Source: Naegleria gruberi
Taxonomy: Eukaryota
Assembly (NCBI GenBank): GCA_000004985.1
Contig: GG738886.1
Reading direction: 5' to 3' (one strand)
Length of the DNA stretch: 64,000 bases
This document shows, in pieces, positions 44,457 through 54,941 of the stretch. Under the pieces are notes generated by a model. That model did no database searches. It had not been told where the DNA came from and saw nothing but the letters and a program-made list of their open reading frames with translations. A program made the translations under genes and the position numbers. How positions within the stretch are numbered: position 1 is the stretch's first letter; the number at the start of each line of letters is the position of its first letter.

Positions 44457-45485
44457 ATGTCATCATCAGCTGCATCTTTTCAATCCCTATCTCCAGAACT
44501 AATCTATAGAGTGATTGGCTTTTTAGATTCCTTCTCCGTCTTTCGAATGGAAAGACTAAACTCTAAATTCCACAAGGCACTCACTCGGAATAAACAAGTT
44601 GATCGTTTAATTTATGGAAAATTAATATTGAACGAATTGAAAATATTACCGACATGGTGGAAGCTTCAGTCATCATGTGAAAAAATGATTGATGAATTAT
44701 ATGAAAAGAATCAAGATTGGAAAAATTGGTTGACTGAGGAAAGTTTATTAGATTTACTATTGAATGGGAAGAATGATAGGTTTAGGATAGTTTTGAGGGA
44801 TTTTTATGTGGTTCCATTTAGTCTAGTTCAGGAAAATGTGGAGGGGAGGTATAGTACCGATGTTAGTAGAGATTATTTTAGAGTTGGAGGTGTTGTGGAA
44901 TTTACAAAATGGAAACCATGTGGATTGATTGAGAAATTGTTACAAAATTTCAAGATAACTGAGTATTTTCAAACAAAAATTCATAGCATGCTAATGTTTT
45001 TCTCTATTTGTGATTGGTTTGCTGAGAGGAATGAAATCACTACCATTAGATTGGTTTTGAATGACAATTCCATTTTGAGGAAATTACCTGGAGAGTTTTT
45101 CTTGTGTTTTGTAAAGGATCAAAAAATGGAAAATGTTCAGAATATTAATACTTTCAAAAGTAGCTCACCAATAATTGATTTCAAATTGTTTAGAGAGCAT
45201 TGTACAAAGTATGAAACCTGTAGTATTGATACAATCTTTGAGAAAACTAAAAATCCTCCTTATGGTATGAAACCAAATGCAGCAACTGTAGTGGAATCAC
45301 TCAAATCAGAGCTATACGAATTTGACTCTTACTCTATTGATTGGAGTGCGACTATTGCTGTTAGTACTCAAGATTGGTGCAGTTACTGGTCTAGTGGACG
45401 TGAGTGGTGGGGATGTTATGCCATGACTTCATTCAATTCAAAAGAGTGTGCATTTATTGTTGCAACAGCATCTTGTTCTGATTAA
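44457..45485 (+). CDS. F-box protein
   Basis: LSPELIYRVIGFLDSFSVFRMERLNSKF. Confidence 0.55.
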   Translation: MSSSAASFQSLSPELIYRVIGFLDSFSVFRMERLNSKFHKALTRNKQVDRLIYGKLILNELKILPTWWKLQSSCEKMIDELYEKNQDWKNWLTEESLLDLLLNGKNDRFRIVLRDFYVVPFSLVQENVEGRYSTDVSRDYFRVGGVVEFTKWKPCGLIEKLLQNFKITEYFQTKIHSMLMFFSICDWFAERNEITTIRLVLNDNSILRKLPGEFFLCFVKDQKMENVQNINTFKSSSPIIDFKLFREHCTKYETCSIDTIFEKTKNPPYGMKPNAATVVESLKSELYEFDSYSIDWSATIAVSTQDWCSYWSSGREWWGCYAMTSFNSKECAFIVATASCSD

Positions 45486-45598
45486 TAACAATTATACAAT
45501 CAACTTCATTCTTAGGAGCTCATCGCTCAATTATTCTTTTAAAGACCTTGCCAACAATGATCTGTGGCTAAAATCACGTGACAAATTAGGTCTTTGGC

Positions 45599-46039
45599 TT
45601 AGTCGTTAGGGTACACCATAGTTGATCTGACAGGTTGTAATGGTAATTCAACTTCTCCACATTCACAAGTAGCATCAACCAAGTTATCTTGTTTCTCAGA
45701 GGTTTCAATCAATGTATTCAAAATACGTTTAGCCATTTCTGATGGAATATCTAGTGAAACTAGGTCAGAAATTTCAAGAGTTAGCATTATATAACCGTTT
45801 AGTCTATCCTTCTTGAGCTGTTTAATGTATTTCTTGTCGAAACCTTTGTATTTAAGCCACTTATAGAGTGATTTGTAATTCCACTTGTAGACAGGTTTCT
45901 GTTCAATTTTCTTTAATTTTCTTTCCTTTCTTCTTTCAAAGTAACCTTTCTTTTCTTCTACTTTCATCTTTTCCCGTGGAGAGTTAGTTTCTGTTGCTCT
46001 GGACAGAGGTTGTTTACCTCTAAACAAGATAGAAGACAA
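45599..46039 (-). CDS. small basic protein (possible SAM-like C-terminal domain)
   Basis: ATG-initiated ORF, K/R-rich. Confidence 0.4.
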   Translation of the reverse strand: MSSILFRGKQPLSRATETNSPREKMKVEEKKGYFERRKERKLKKIEQKPVYKWNYKSLYKWLKYKGFDKKYIKQLKKDRLNGYIMLTLEISDLVSLDIPSEMAKRILNTLIETSEKQDNLVDATCECGEVELPLQPVRSTMVYPND

Positions 46040-47103
46040 TGAATGTCTCTTACTTATTACATTAGTTGTAGGTTGTGGTTCTAAAGGTTGTTGTTGTGCT
46101 GATCAATCTTTCGCAGAGTGTCTTGTTCAATACTCTGATTTGACCTACTCTTTTTAGAGAGTGTATGTACAAAGTCCATTTGATGATGTTCTTCTTGATG
46201 ATTAACACAGTCAGCCGAAGTCATCTTATTAATCTTCTTCTTATTACTAGTATTGTTAAGAATAATATTAAAACTTTTTTGTTTTTAAAATTAAATCTTC
46301 TTGTTCAGGTCTTCTACTACAACACAATAAGAAGGCTTGTTTGCCAATGATGATTTTCTTTTTAATGATGAATTAACCGATGATGAGAACGGAGGCTTTT
46401 TTGTTTTTCAATAATTCATATGGAATATCTGAACGCAAAGTTATCGAATCGTCCAGCTTTTCATCGCGCAATAAAAAACCGCTGCGCTATTATAGAGATT
46501 TTTTTGGATAAATACACCTCAATCAAACATGGCGCCAAAATAAAATGTACCATTTCTGTGGAGATGTCAAAGTCAGTATGATGTGTTCATTGAATTTGGT
46601 ATTGTGAAGGTAAAATGGTTGTTTAAGGAATATAAAGAGAAATGCATGAAATTATTTTAAATTTCAATAATGATAAAAACCTTACTTTATTTCTTTGTAT
46701 TGCTTGTCAAGTTTTGTTTTTTGAAATCTGACCTTCACACACAAAGACCTAATTCATTGGAGAATGAAATTGTAAAATGAGTTTTATCATTCAGTAATAA
46801 AATCCTCTAAAATTGTTAAATAGAAATCCAGAACATGAAAGCGGAGAAAGGTGAGTAAGCCAGTGTGAGAGAATTTAACCTGAACCAATTAATTCATGTC
46901 CTAAATGTATTATTATATTCCAGTGTATCTTCAAATCTCTGAATGTAACCTTACATTGGTAATTGCTATCTCTCTTGCCAATCAAAGAGTTGCCTTGATG
47001 GTCAATTTACTTTCATCCAATTTTCACAATTTCAAACATTTTGAAATGGAAAATATGAAATGGAATCAAAAGGAATTGCAATCAAAAAACCAAATTCAAA
47101 AAA

Positions 47104-48390
47104 ATGCTTTCAAACAATGAGTATTATTTTCTTTTACCCGATGAGATGATCACCAACATTATAGATTATTTGGATCCATTCACGATCGTTTCCTGTTCCA
47201 TGCTAATTTCCAAACAATTTTATCGAATTTCTCACCAAGAATTTCAATCCCTTGAAATTTCATCACACCACGACAGAGTAATCCACTATCAATTCATTCA
47301 TAAATGTTCAAGTTTTAGGACACTCACTAGTTTAGATTTGAGAAATTGTAGCATTGAAGTGGAAGATTTTACAAAATGGGTAAAGAGTGGAAATTTGAAG
47401 GGATTGAAATGCTTAGTAGCTCCAAACGATGGACAATTGGTTTTAGAAATTGGTAACATTTACAATGAGTGTATGGAAGAATTGAAGAAGGGATCAGAAG
47501 TGGATTATACCCTTCCCAACTTGAAGAGTATTCAGGTGGAAAATGTTTGTCGATTGGATTTGATTAGTCCTGTGGAATATTCTGAACAAATGACAAAGAC
47601 TCCTGTTGGGGAAATTAAAAGTAGCCGTGGTGAATTATTTGGAAAGAAAAAGGCTTTGAGCACATTAGTGGAGGGGGTTTGTTTGCCAATGGCATTTCCA
47701 CAATTATTCACAGGATCCAGACGTCCTCCAAGACAGTACCTGTTTTTTGGACCTATGAATAGTGGAAAAACGATGATATTAGATGCATTGCATGAATCAA
47801 TGCCTTCCAATTTAATTGAGCCATTCTCAATTAATTACTATGATAAGGAAAGAGCTATCCGAATACTGTTCTCAATTGCAAGGTTGTTTGGGAAATATGT
47901 ATTTTCCATATTGACCTACCATCAAAACCTGTTCCAGGAGGTGGAAACAGAAGGGGAGTTCAATAGGAGAGCTCTAACAGAACTGGTCATACAATTAGAT
48001 ACAAGACCTGAAGAAAATTTAATTATAATTATGTCCTCGAATAGACCAACAACTATTAATACCATCATTAGAAGAAGGCTCTATCCACGAATTTACATCA
48101 AACTCTTAACAGGAGATGATCTCAACATGTTTGTGAAATATCAACTTGAGGGTAGATTTGGAAGTAATAGTTTTACCACAAGTCAAATTGATCAAATTAC
48201 CAAACTTTGTGAAGGATATTCGCCCTTTGAGATTGAGCAAATGGTGAAATCGATCAGAAATGAAAATATCAAGGGGACAAAATTAATTGATTGTTTTAAA
48301 GAGATTATTGAGAAGGCACCACCCCTTAATACAGAGCAAGAAATAATGGAAATTGAAAGCTTTGCAGAAAATTTCGCCAGCGAATATTAG
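47104..48390 (+). CDS. F-box + P-loop NTPase (AAA-like) protein
   Basis: N-terminal F-box LPDEMITNIIDYLDPFTIVSCSMLISKQF. Walker A LFFGPMNSGKTMIL. A sensor-like motif LIIIMSSNRPTTIN. Confidence 0.55.
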   Translation: MLSNNEYYFLLPDEMITNIIDYLDPFTIVSCSMLISKQFYRISHQEFQSLEISSHHDRVIHYQFIHKCSSFRTLTSLDLRNCSIEVEDFTKWVKSGNLKGLKCLVAPNDGQLVLEIGNIYNECMEELKKGSEVDYTLPNLKSIQVENVCRLDLISPVEYSEQMTKTPVGEIKSSRGELFGKKKALSTLVEGVCLPMAFPQLFTGSRRPPRQYLFFGPMNSGKTMILDALHESMPSNLIEPFSINYYDKERAIRILFSIARLFGKYVFSILTYHQNLFQEVETEGEFNRRALTELVIQLDTRPEENLIIIMSSNRPTTINTIIRRRLYPRIYIKLLTGDDLNMFVKYQLEGRFGSNSFTTSQIDQITKLCEGYSPFEIEQMVKSIRNENIKGTKLIDCFKEIIEKAPPLNTEQEIMEIESFAENFASEY

Positions 48391-48726
48391 TAATCTTTGT
48401 TTGGAAGATGGTGATTCCACATACCTTATTGCACAAGAATTTGTGATCGGTTCATTATTTGCTCTGAAATGGATTTTTTAATGAGCTCTATCAATTTGTT
48501 ACTTCTCTGTTATTAGATGGCTTCCTCAATTAACACATATTTCAATAAAGTTGAAGTTATTTATTAGTTAGTCTGTAGTTGAAACTTTTACTGTCTTAAT
48601 TGGTGTTCTCTTTTCTGAATTCTTCCCATTCTCTCAAACTCTTATTCTACAATATTTCTTTTTCTCATCACTTTCATCATCAATTTCTTTATCATTGTCT
48701 TTTCTTTCTCAAGAAAGTTCCCTCTC

Positions 48727-49755
48727 TTAAAAGATCTTTATATTTGCAAAAGAAACAGATATCCAGTTATCCATATGATTTCTTTCTTTTTTTCTAGCAG
48801 CAAGCCCAATTCCGTCGAAGTCAATTGATGTATCAATTAGAATAGAGACTAGATTTTTGGTTTTGGTGGATTTTTCGGTAAGCAAAGTAAGTTGAGGCAT
48901 TAAGAAAAATGGAGATACAGAAGGTTCACAGAATTGGTTGTTCATACCTTTTGGAATTTTGTCATAATATATTTCTCCTAAAGGTCTTACAACACCTTTT
49001 GGTTTGACCACACCATAAATATAAATATTAACATCACAATCACTAGAATCTAAATCAACCAAACACTCAATATTTGAGAATGCAACTGGATGTTTGAAAT
49101 ATATAATAATAGGTTCTAAATTTTCTTCCTTGTAAGCAAAATGATCAGTACCACTGTTACGATAAAAATCTAGAGGTCCAAAACCAGTAATATTAACATT
49201 ATATTGGTTTTGATTATCCGCAAAAGGTCTCTTTTTTCGGTTGCTAACTATTAATTCACTTTGGATACTAACTATTTCATGTTCTTTGTTTTTGTTTCCA
49301 AACAACAGCAAACCTCTTGAAATGTTACTCTGAAACGAAGACCAGTTAGACACATAGCGTTCAGAAAATTTGTTCAAATTTTTGTCGGTATACCAAAGTT
49401 TTTCCTTCAACTCTTTAATTTCTTTCATCATCACATCGAACATGATGTTTAATTTCTCATCATTGTCTCTCTCTTGTTGCGATAGGTTAAACTCTACGTG
49501 TTGATCATCATCCGATGCATTGACTGCTAAATTGATACCTTCATTAGCAATTGAACATCTGATATTATTATTCATCATACATGTTTTATAATATTTGAAA
49601 TGAATAATGGTTGTATTTTCCTCTTTGAATAAATATTTATGATAATTAAATGTACATGAAATAGTTATTATTTGTTCAGAGTATGAAAGAATGAATTCTA
49701 TTGGTTTTCCGGTCCCATCATCACAAGTGAAATAGTAACTTGACTGATTCACCAT
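48727..49755 (-). CDS. hypothetical protein (342 aa)
   Basis: ATG-initiated intact ORF. Confidence 0.5.
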   Translation of the reverse strand: MVNQSSYYFTCDDGTGKPIEFILSYSEQIITISCTFNYHKYLFKEENTTIIHFKYYKTCMMNNNIRCSIANEGINLAVNASDDDQHVEFNLSQQERDNDEKLNIMFDVMMKEIKELKEKLWYTDKNLNKFSERYVSNWSSFQSNISRGLLLFGNKNKEHEIVSIQSELIVSNRKKRPFADNQNQYNVNITGFGPLDFYRNSGTDHFAYKEENLEPIIIYFKHPVAFSNIECLVDLDSSDCDVNIYIYGVVKPKGVVRPLGEIYYDKIPKGMNNQFCEPSVSPFFLMPQLTLLTEKSTKTKNLVSILIDTSIDFDGIGLAARKKERNHMDNWISVSFANIKIF

Positions 49756-49805
49756 TTTTTTTTAAAATAAGACGAAACAATATCAAAATTTTGAAATTCA
49801 AAATT

Positions 49806-49878
49806 TGCCGACACCAGGGATCGAACCAGGGACCTTAAGATCTTCAGTCTTACGCTCTCCCAACTGAGCTATGTCGGC
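49806..49878 (-). tRNA. tRNA-Phe(GAA)
   Basis: The reverse complement GCCGACATAGCTCAGTTGGGAGAGCGTAAGACTGAAGATCTTAAGGTCCCTGGTTCGATCCCTGGTGTCGGCA gives a perfect cloverleaf with anticodon GAA and a downstream T-run. Confidence 0.9.
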
Positions 49879-49938
49879 TTCTTATTTTATCATACAAATT
49901 TTCATACAAGTGAATTATTCCCGAAATTTATCAATTGT

Positions 49939-51042
49939 TTATTCTGAATATTTTTGCTTTGAAAAATCTTTAGAGTGGAACCAAGGAATCATTACGCTCA
50001 CCTGTTTCTGATATAGTGAAAAAAGTGGTTTGGTTTCAGACATTTTTCTCTCTACCCAGGGAACACTGATGAATTGAAATAAGCAAGTAACTAGAATTGG
50101 TCCCCAAATGAAATAAATAAATGACTGGTCAATTTGGGAATTTTGTAAAGAACAAGCAAAGAGGAAAATTGACCACCAAAATCCAACTTCTCCAAAATAA
50201 TTTCCATGTCTAGTGTAGGCCCAAACACCCTCTACAAGTACTTGTCTATTATTTGTTCTGGTTGCCAAGTGTCTATGGAGAGTAACGTCAGCAGCATGTG
50301 AAATCCAAACACAAAATAGTGAAAATAAAGCACTGGAAATGAATGACAATAATTGAACGAATGTCATTGAGTGCTCTGCAATTTGGTTTGAATTGAAAAA
50401 GGTAGCGAAGAGAGGAATCATTGCAAAGAAAACAATAAGTGTTGGGAATAAATGAATTCCAAGGAATGAAATAATCCAATAAGGAATATTCCATCTAGAA
50501 TTATTTTCAATCTTAATTCCAAACCATCCCAGATACGAAAGCGATTTAATTCTCAAAGCTCTATATCGCCAATCTTCTTGTCCCTTTGTTAATATATTTC
50601 CAGCACTATCATCATTATCTGGTCTTGTAAAAAAGTTCTTTGTCAATCTGTATGCCCAAACATTTAAACACATGAACATGATCAGAAATACCCAAGAAAA
50701 TGATCCATTACTAAGTTGACTTGTATCTTGTCCTAAATAATTCATGTAAATTCTACTGATAAATCTATCGGAACAAAAGTAATCAATAAATAAAAGTAAA
50801 ATTGCAAATGGTGGAAATATACTCCAATACGGATCATAAATACTACTATTATTGTAATAGATTGATCCTAAGAATGTTAATATTGTCAAAATGATATCAA
50901 TGTAAAATATCAGCCAAAGCATTGGCTCTGATAAAAGTGCATGATGAGTGGAAATGAAATGCTCAACAATGAGATGAACCATTTTTTTATGCTGCTCATC
51001 CAAATCATGGTTGTTGCATTTCCACGGCTTTCGTGTTGGCAT
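49939..51042 (-). CDS. DUF1295 / steroid 5-alpha-reductase-ICMT superfamily membrane protein
   Basis: Multi-TM with C-terminal motif YTRHGNYFGE. Confidence 0.6.
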   Translation of the reverse strand: MPTRKPWKCNNHDLDEQHKKMVHLIVEHFISTHHALLSEPMLWLIFYIDIILTILTFLGSIYYNNSSIYDPYWSIFPPFAILLLFIDYFCSDRFISRIYMNYLGQDTSQLSNGSFSWVFLIMFMCLNVWAYRLTKNFFTRPDNDDSAGNILTKGQEDWRYRALRIKSLSYLGWFGIKIENNSRWNIPYWIISFLGIHLFPTLIVFFAMIPLFATFFNSNQIAEHSMTFVQLLSFISSALFSLFCVWISHAADVTLHRHLATRTNNRQVLVEGVWAYTRHGNYFGEVGFWWSIFLFACSLQNSQIDQSFIYFIWGPILVTCLFQFISVPWVERKMSETKPLFSLYQKQVSVMIPWFHSKDFSKQKYSE

Positions 51043-51124
51043 AATGATCGCACTTCCTCTTAGTGCGAAGGATTTGGTATTAAATGTTATTACAATTCAT
51101 ATGGAAGAAGGAAATAATGTATTA

Positions 51125-52081
51125 TTATTTGAATATCATGATTGCATGTTGGTCTGAGGAGACAACAAATAGCTCACCAGTGAGATGATTAAGGGCAATA
51201 CCTAAAATTTCTGTTGCACCATCCACCAATAAAGAATGTTTAAACAGCAACCCTTGTTTGTTAAATATTTGGACTGTTTGGTTTTGAGAACTAGACACTA
51301 TCAAGTTTTCAGTTTCTTCATCAATAATTATTGAGCAGGGTAATTTAAACTCACCAAAGCTTTCGTCCTGTATCTCTCTAATTTTAGTAAAATTTTCTGT
51401 ACTAACAACGGTAATAGAGTGTCGAGAATGGCTACCAAACATTAAATAATCCCTCCCAATACAAATTGACCATGGTAAATCAATAGCCAATGAAGGACTA
51501 GAATAAATATTTTTAACAAGTTCTCCATTAATTGAATTCAGTACTCGAATAACATTCTCATCAGTATCACAAACATATATCAAGTTATGAGGATGTTGAT
51601 ATCTTACATCAAGGCCATTTGGCCAATTACAATCTTGGTCATTTTCCCATAATTTTTCTGAGCTATCATTAGCAAGTATGTCCTTAATATCGAACTTGAA
51701 AATTGCAGAAGTAATACAAGCGACAATTAAAAAGTCTGTTTTTTCTGTTCGTTCCACAGTGCAACATCGAGGAAATGCGATTGAGAAATTTGAAAGGTGC
51801 ATCTTTGTTTTTAAATCAAATGTTGTAATTCTACTATTGTAATAATCAGTAACTAAAACACAATCATATAAATATGAAATCTTCACCTCGAAAGGATATC
51901 GAAAATCATGTTTTACAGTTTCAATCAGCCTAAAATTCGTACTAAATTCAACTAATTTTTTCCTCATCATTTTCTTCCGTAATTCGCCAAACAATACATG
52001 ATTTAATCTCTCCGAATTAAAATCCTCTACAATCACGACAACATTTTCTGAACGGTTAGTATCACCACCTTCTTGTATCAT
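51125..52081 (-). CDS. NHL-repeat beta-propeller protein
   Basis: Repeated ...NGLDVRYQHPHNLIYVCDTDENVIRVLN... and ...GELFVVSSDQHAIMIF-type blades. Confidence 0.55.
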   Translation of the reverse strand: MIQEGGDTNRSENVVVIVEDFNSERLNHVLFGELRKKMMRKKLVEFSTNFRLIETVKHDFRYPFEVKISYLYDCVLVTDYYNSRITTFDLKTKMHLSNFSIAFPRCCTVERTEKTDFLIVACITSAIFKFDIKDILANDSSEKLWENDQDCNWPNGLDVRYQHPHNLIYVCDTDENVIRVLNSINGELVKNIYSSPSLAIDLPWSICIGRDYLMFGSHSRHSITVVSTENFTKIREIQDESFGEFKLPCSIIIDEETENLIVSSSQNQTVQIFNKQGLLFKHSLLVDGATEILGIALNHLTGELFVVSSDQHAIMIFK

Positions 52082-52196
52082 CAGAAGACAATTTTTTTAA
52101 TTAATTTAAATTTAAATTAATTTATTAATAATTTGTTTAATATTTTTGGCGCGAAAGAAGTGTTCGACCATCCACAAGAATTTAGAAAAAAAAGAC

Positions 52197-54896
52197 ATGA
52201 TGAACCTACACTTTATTCGGAGGGGACTTTCTCCTCATCAGAACCAACAACATACTTCTGGTAGTGCGAGTAATAGCCAACAATCAAATAATAGCAAACA
52301 AACACCAAATAATAGCATGAGTAATACGAGTAATATGAATTATAGTACAAACCAACATTCTAATTCTTCTTCCTCATCTTGTAGGAAGAGAACTTTGGAG
52401 TATAGTATCGATCTGGATGATTTACCTTCTCCTCCATCCTTATTTTCCTCTGCTTCTTTAATAGCCACAATGAATGCAGTTACCATGATGAATACTAATG
52501 AAACTCTAAAACAATCATCACCCGAAGACGATCAAAAAGCTTCAATAGAGAATGTTATCATGTCCGATGATCCAAATGAAGAACAGCAACAAGAAGAAGA
52601 GGAAATAATCATTTCTCAAACTGATGATGAACCAATCCTTAAAACACAATTCCCACCCTTTTCAATAGTAACAAGTTTGAAAAAAAATGATTCATTAGGG
52701 GATAGTGAGAGTGAGGATGATGGAGAATATGAAGATTCTAATGATGAAGATGAATTGAGGGAGTTTTCAATTAAACAAGTCGAACAATCGACTAAGAAGA
52801 GAAAATTAAATATTGTAAATAAGGAGGATAATAGAAAATCGGAACAGTTAGAGGATAATTCAAAACCAATCATGCTCTTGACTCAATTACCTCCAATGTC
52901 AACATGTGAGGCAAAACAAGAAGACATTACTGTAGTGGTAGAACACCCTATTGATGAAGAAGAGTTTCTAAATAATGCAACAGTCCCTCAGGAGAATGAG
53001 ATGATCAAATCTTTGGAGGATAATATTATTGAGGAACTTGCATTTACTCCAGATCAAGAAAATAACATTGAGAATTTATCCCAAATTCCAAAATTGGAAA
53101 ATAATAGGCAATTAGAGGAAGATTTTGATATTCATGTTGACTTACACGAGTTGGATTATGAATTTTCGAATAATACAGAACCAGCCCAAAAACCAGAAGA
53201 ATCAATTCAAGCTAAGAAGGTTCTTGTTGACATTTCCGTTCAAACTGATAACAGTCTCCTTCCAAAACCTGTACAAATTGTAAATAGCGATCCAAATAAT
53301 ATCTGTTCCATTTGCTTAAGTGCATGGAGCAGTACTGGACTACATCAAGTGTGCTGCCTTTCGTGTGGCCATCTTTTTGGTAAGAATTGCATTGAGAAAT
53401 GGTTGAAAAAAAACTCTACATGTCCAAAATGTAAAAAATCTGCAGATAGAAGTCATATTAGATTACTCTATGTGGACAATATTCATGCCATAGATACACA
53501 AAAAGTTGAAGATTTAGAGAGTAGATTGGAAGCAGAAGTTAAAGCACGAAAAGAGCTGGAGGTAATCAAAAATGGTCTCGAATTGAGAATTAAAATGCTT
53601 TTAGAGCAGAAAGGAGGTGAGAATTTTGCAGAGAACCCTTCATCTTCCCCCCCTAACAACAAGGGTGTTCAACACCGTTCAAGCTCAGAATCAGACACCA
53701 ATAAGAGGAAATCATTGATTCAACGATCGTTAGAACTTGCAGAAAGAAAAAAGAAAGAGTTTGATTTAATGAATTCTGAAGAGGAGGAAGTTACAAGAAA
53801 CATTGTCTGTTACAATGGGAAATCAAAAAATCAACAATCCAGAAAAAAGAACACCTATCTATATGGATCGAATGGAGCTAATAAGCTTCTATTCAATACT
53901 CCACTTGAAAATTCTGGCTTGATAGAAATTAGCAACAATCAAGTATTTATATCTTTTGAAAGAAGGGATAAAATGTGTGGATTTTATGTTGCTGGATTGG
54001 AAAGATTAATGAGTAATCCATCCATAATTAATCAGGCAAGGAAAGTAATGCATAATTCACCAATATCAGATATCAAACCACTCTATCTTCTTTCACCCAA
54101 CAATTCTAAAGGTTACTCTATTGAATATATGCAATCTAACCTTATTTTAACTTCCTCACAAGATAAATCAATGAGAATTACTGATCTACGACAAGGAACA
54201 GCGGACTCTATATGTTTTTTCCCTTATCTATCAACCAATAGAGAAGGTTTATCAACATCTATTACTTGTTGTGAATGGAATAGAACCAATTCAAACTATT
54301 GTTTTGCAGGACTATCATCAGGTTCAATTCTATGTTACGATACTAGAAAACCAAGTGAACCTTTTTTAAATACTGGGGATCATTCATGTTCTCCACATAC
54401 AATGTTTCACATACCCAACAAGGGCCTAGTAGTAGGCTCAAATAATTCCATTACCTACTATGATGAAAATCAATATGGTTATACAAAGGGACATAATTTA
54501 TTTAATAAGGAAGTTTCTTCATTCTACTTTAATACTTCAAATGATACCCTTTTATTCACATGCAGGGAATCATCAAAATCATCTCAATTACATATATTCA
54601 CTCTTGAAAGCAATCAACATGTGAATTGTTTAGAGAGTATCAGTATCAATCACAAAGGACCAAAACTAGGAAGGCCATATGTCTCAGATAATGGTCAAAA
54701 CTTTCTTTCCACAATAGCAGTTCCAAAGCCAGATGATTTTTCTGTAGAAATTTGGAAATCTCAAACAGATCAGGACTATTCATTTAAGGGTGATATCAAA
54801 TTACAATCTAGCACTGAAATTATTCAAAGTTGTGCCCTGTCATTTAATAATCTGTTTGTTGTTACAAAAGACAATCTTAGTGCATACTTGGTTTAA
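52197..54896 (+). CDS. RING finger + coiled coil + C-terminal WD40-like E3 ligase (RFWD3-like architecture)
   Basis: C3HC4 RING CSICLSAWSSTGLHQVCCLSCGHLFGKNCIEKWLKKNSTCPKC, followed by a coiled-coil and a beta-propeller-like C-terminus. Confidence 0.6.
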   Translation: MMNLHFIRRGLSPHQNQQHTSGSASNSQQSNNSKQTPNNSMSNTSNMNYSTNQHSNSSSSSCRKRTLEYSIDLDDLPSPPSLFSSASLIATMNAVTMMNTNETLKQSSPEDDQKASIENVIMSDDPNEEQQQEEEEIIISQTDDEPILKTQFPPFSIVTSLKKNDSLGDSESEDDGEYEDSNDEDELREFSIKQVEQSTKKRKLNIVNKEDNRKSEQLEDNSKPIMLLTQLPPMSTCEAKQEDITVVVEHPIDEEEFLNNATVPQENEMIKSLEDNIIEELAFTPDQENNIENLSQIPKLENNRQLEEDFDIHVDLHELDYEFSNNTEPAQKPEESIQAKKVLVDISVQTDNSLLPKPVQIVNSDPNNICSICLSAWSSTGLHQVCCLSCGHLFGKNCIEKWLKKNSTCPKCKKSADRSHIRLLYVDNIHAIDTQKVEDLESRLEAEVKARKELEVIKNGLELRIKMLLEQKGGENFAENPSSSPPNNKGVQHRSSSESDTNKRKSLIQRSLELAERKKKEFDLMNSEEEEVTRNIVCYNGKSKNQQSRKKNTYLYGSNGANKLLFNTPLENSGLIEISNNQVFISFERRDKMCGFYVAGLERLMSNPSIINQARKVMHNSPISDIKPLYLLSPNNSKGYSIEYMQSNLILTSSQDKSMRITDLRQGTADSICFFPYLSTNREGLSTSITCCEWNRTNSNYCFAGLSSGSILCYDTRKPSEPFLNTGDHSCSPHTMFHIPNKGLVVGSNNSITYYDENQYGYTKGHNLFNKEVSSFYFNTSNDTLLFTCRESSKSSQLHIFTLESNQHVNCLESISINHKGPKLGRPYVSDNGQNFLSTIAVPKPDDFSVEIWKSQTDQDYSFKGDIKLQSSTEIIQSCALSFNNLFVVTKDNLSAYLV

Positions 54897-54941
54897 ATGC
54901 TTGCAATACCGTTTATTAGCATCTTGTCTGGGTTAATAAAA

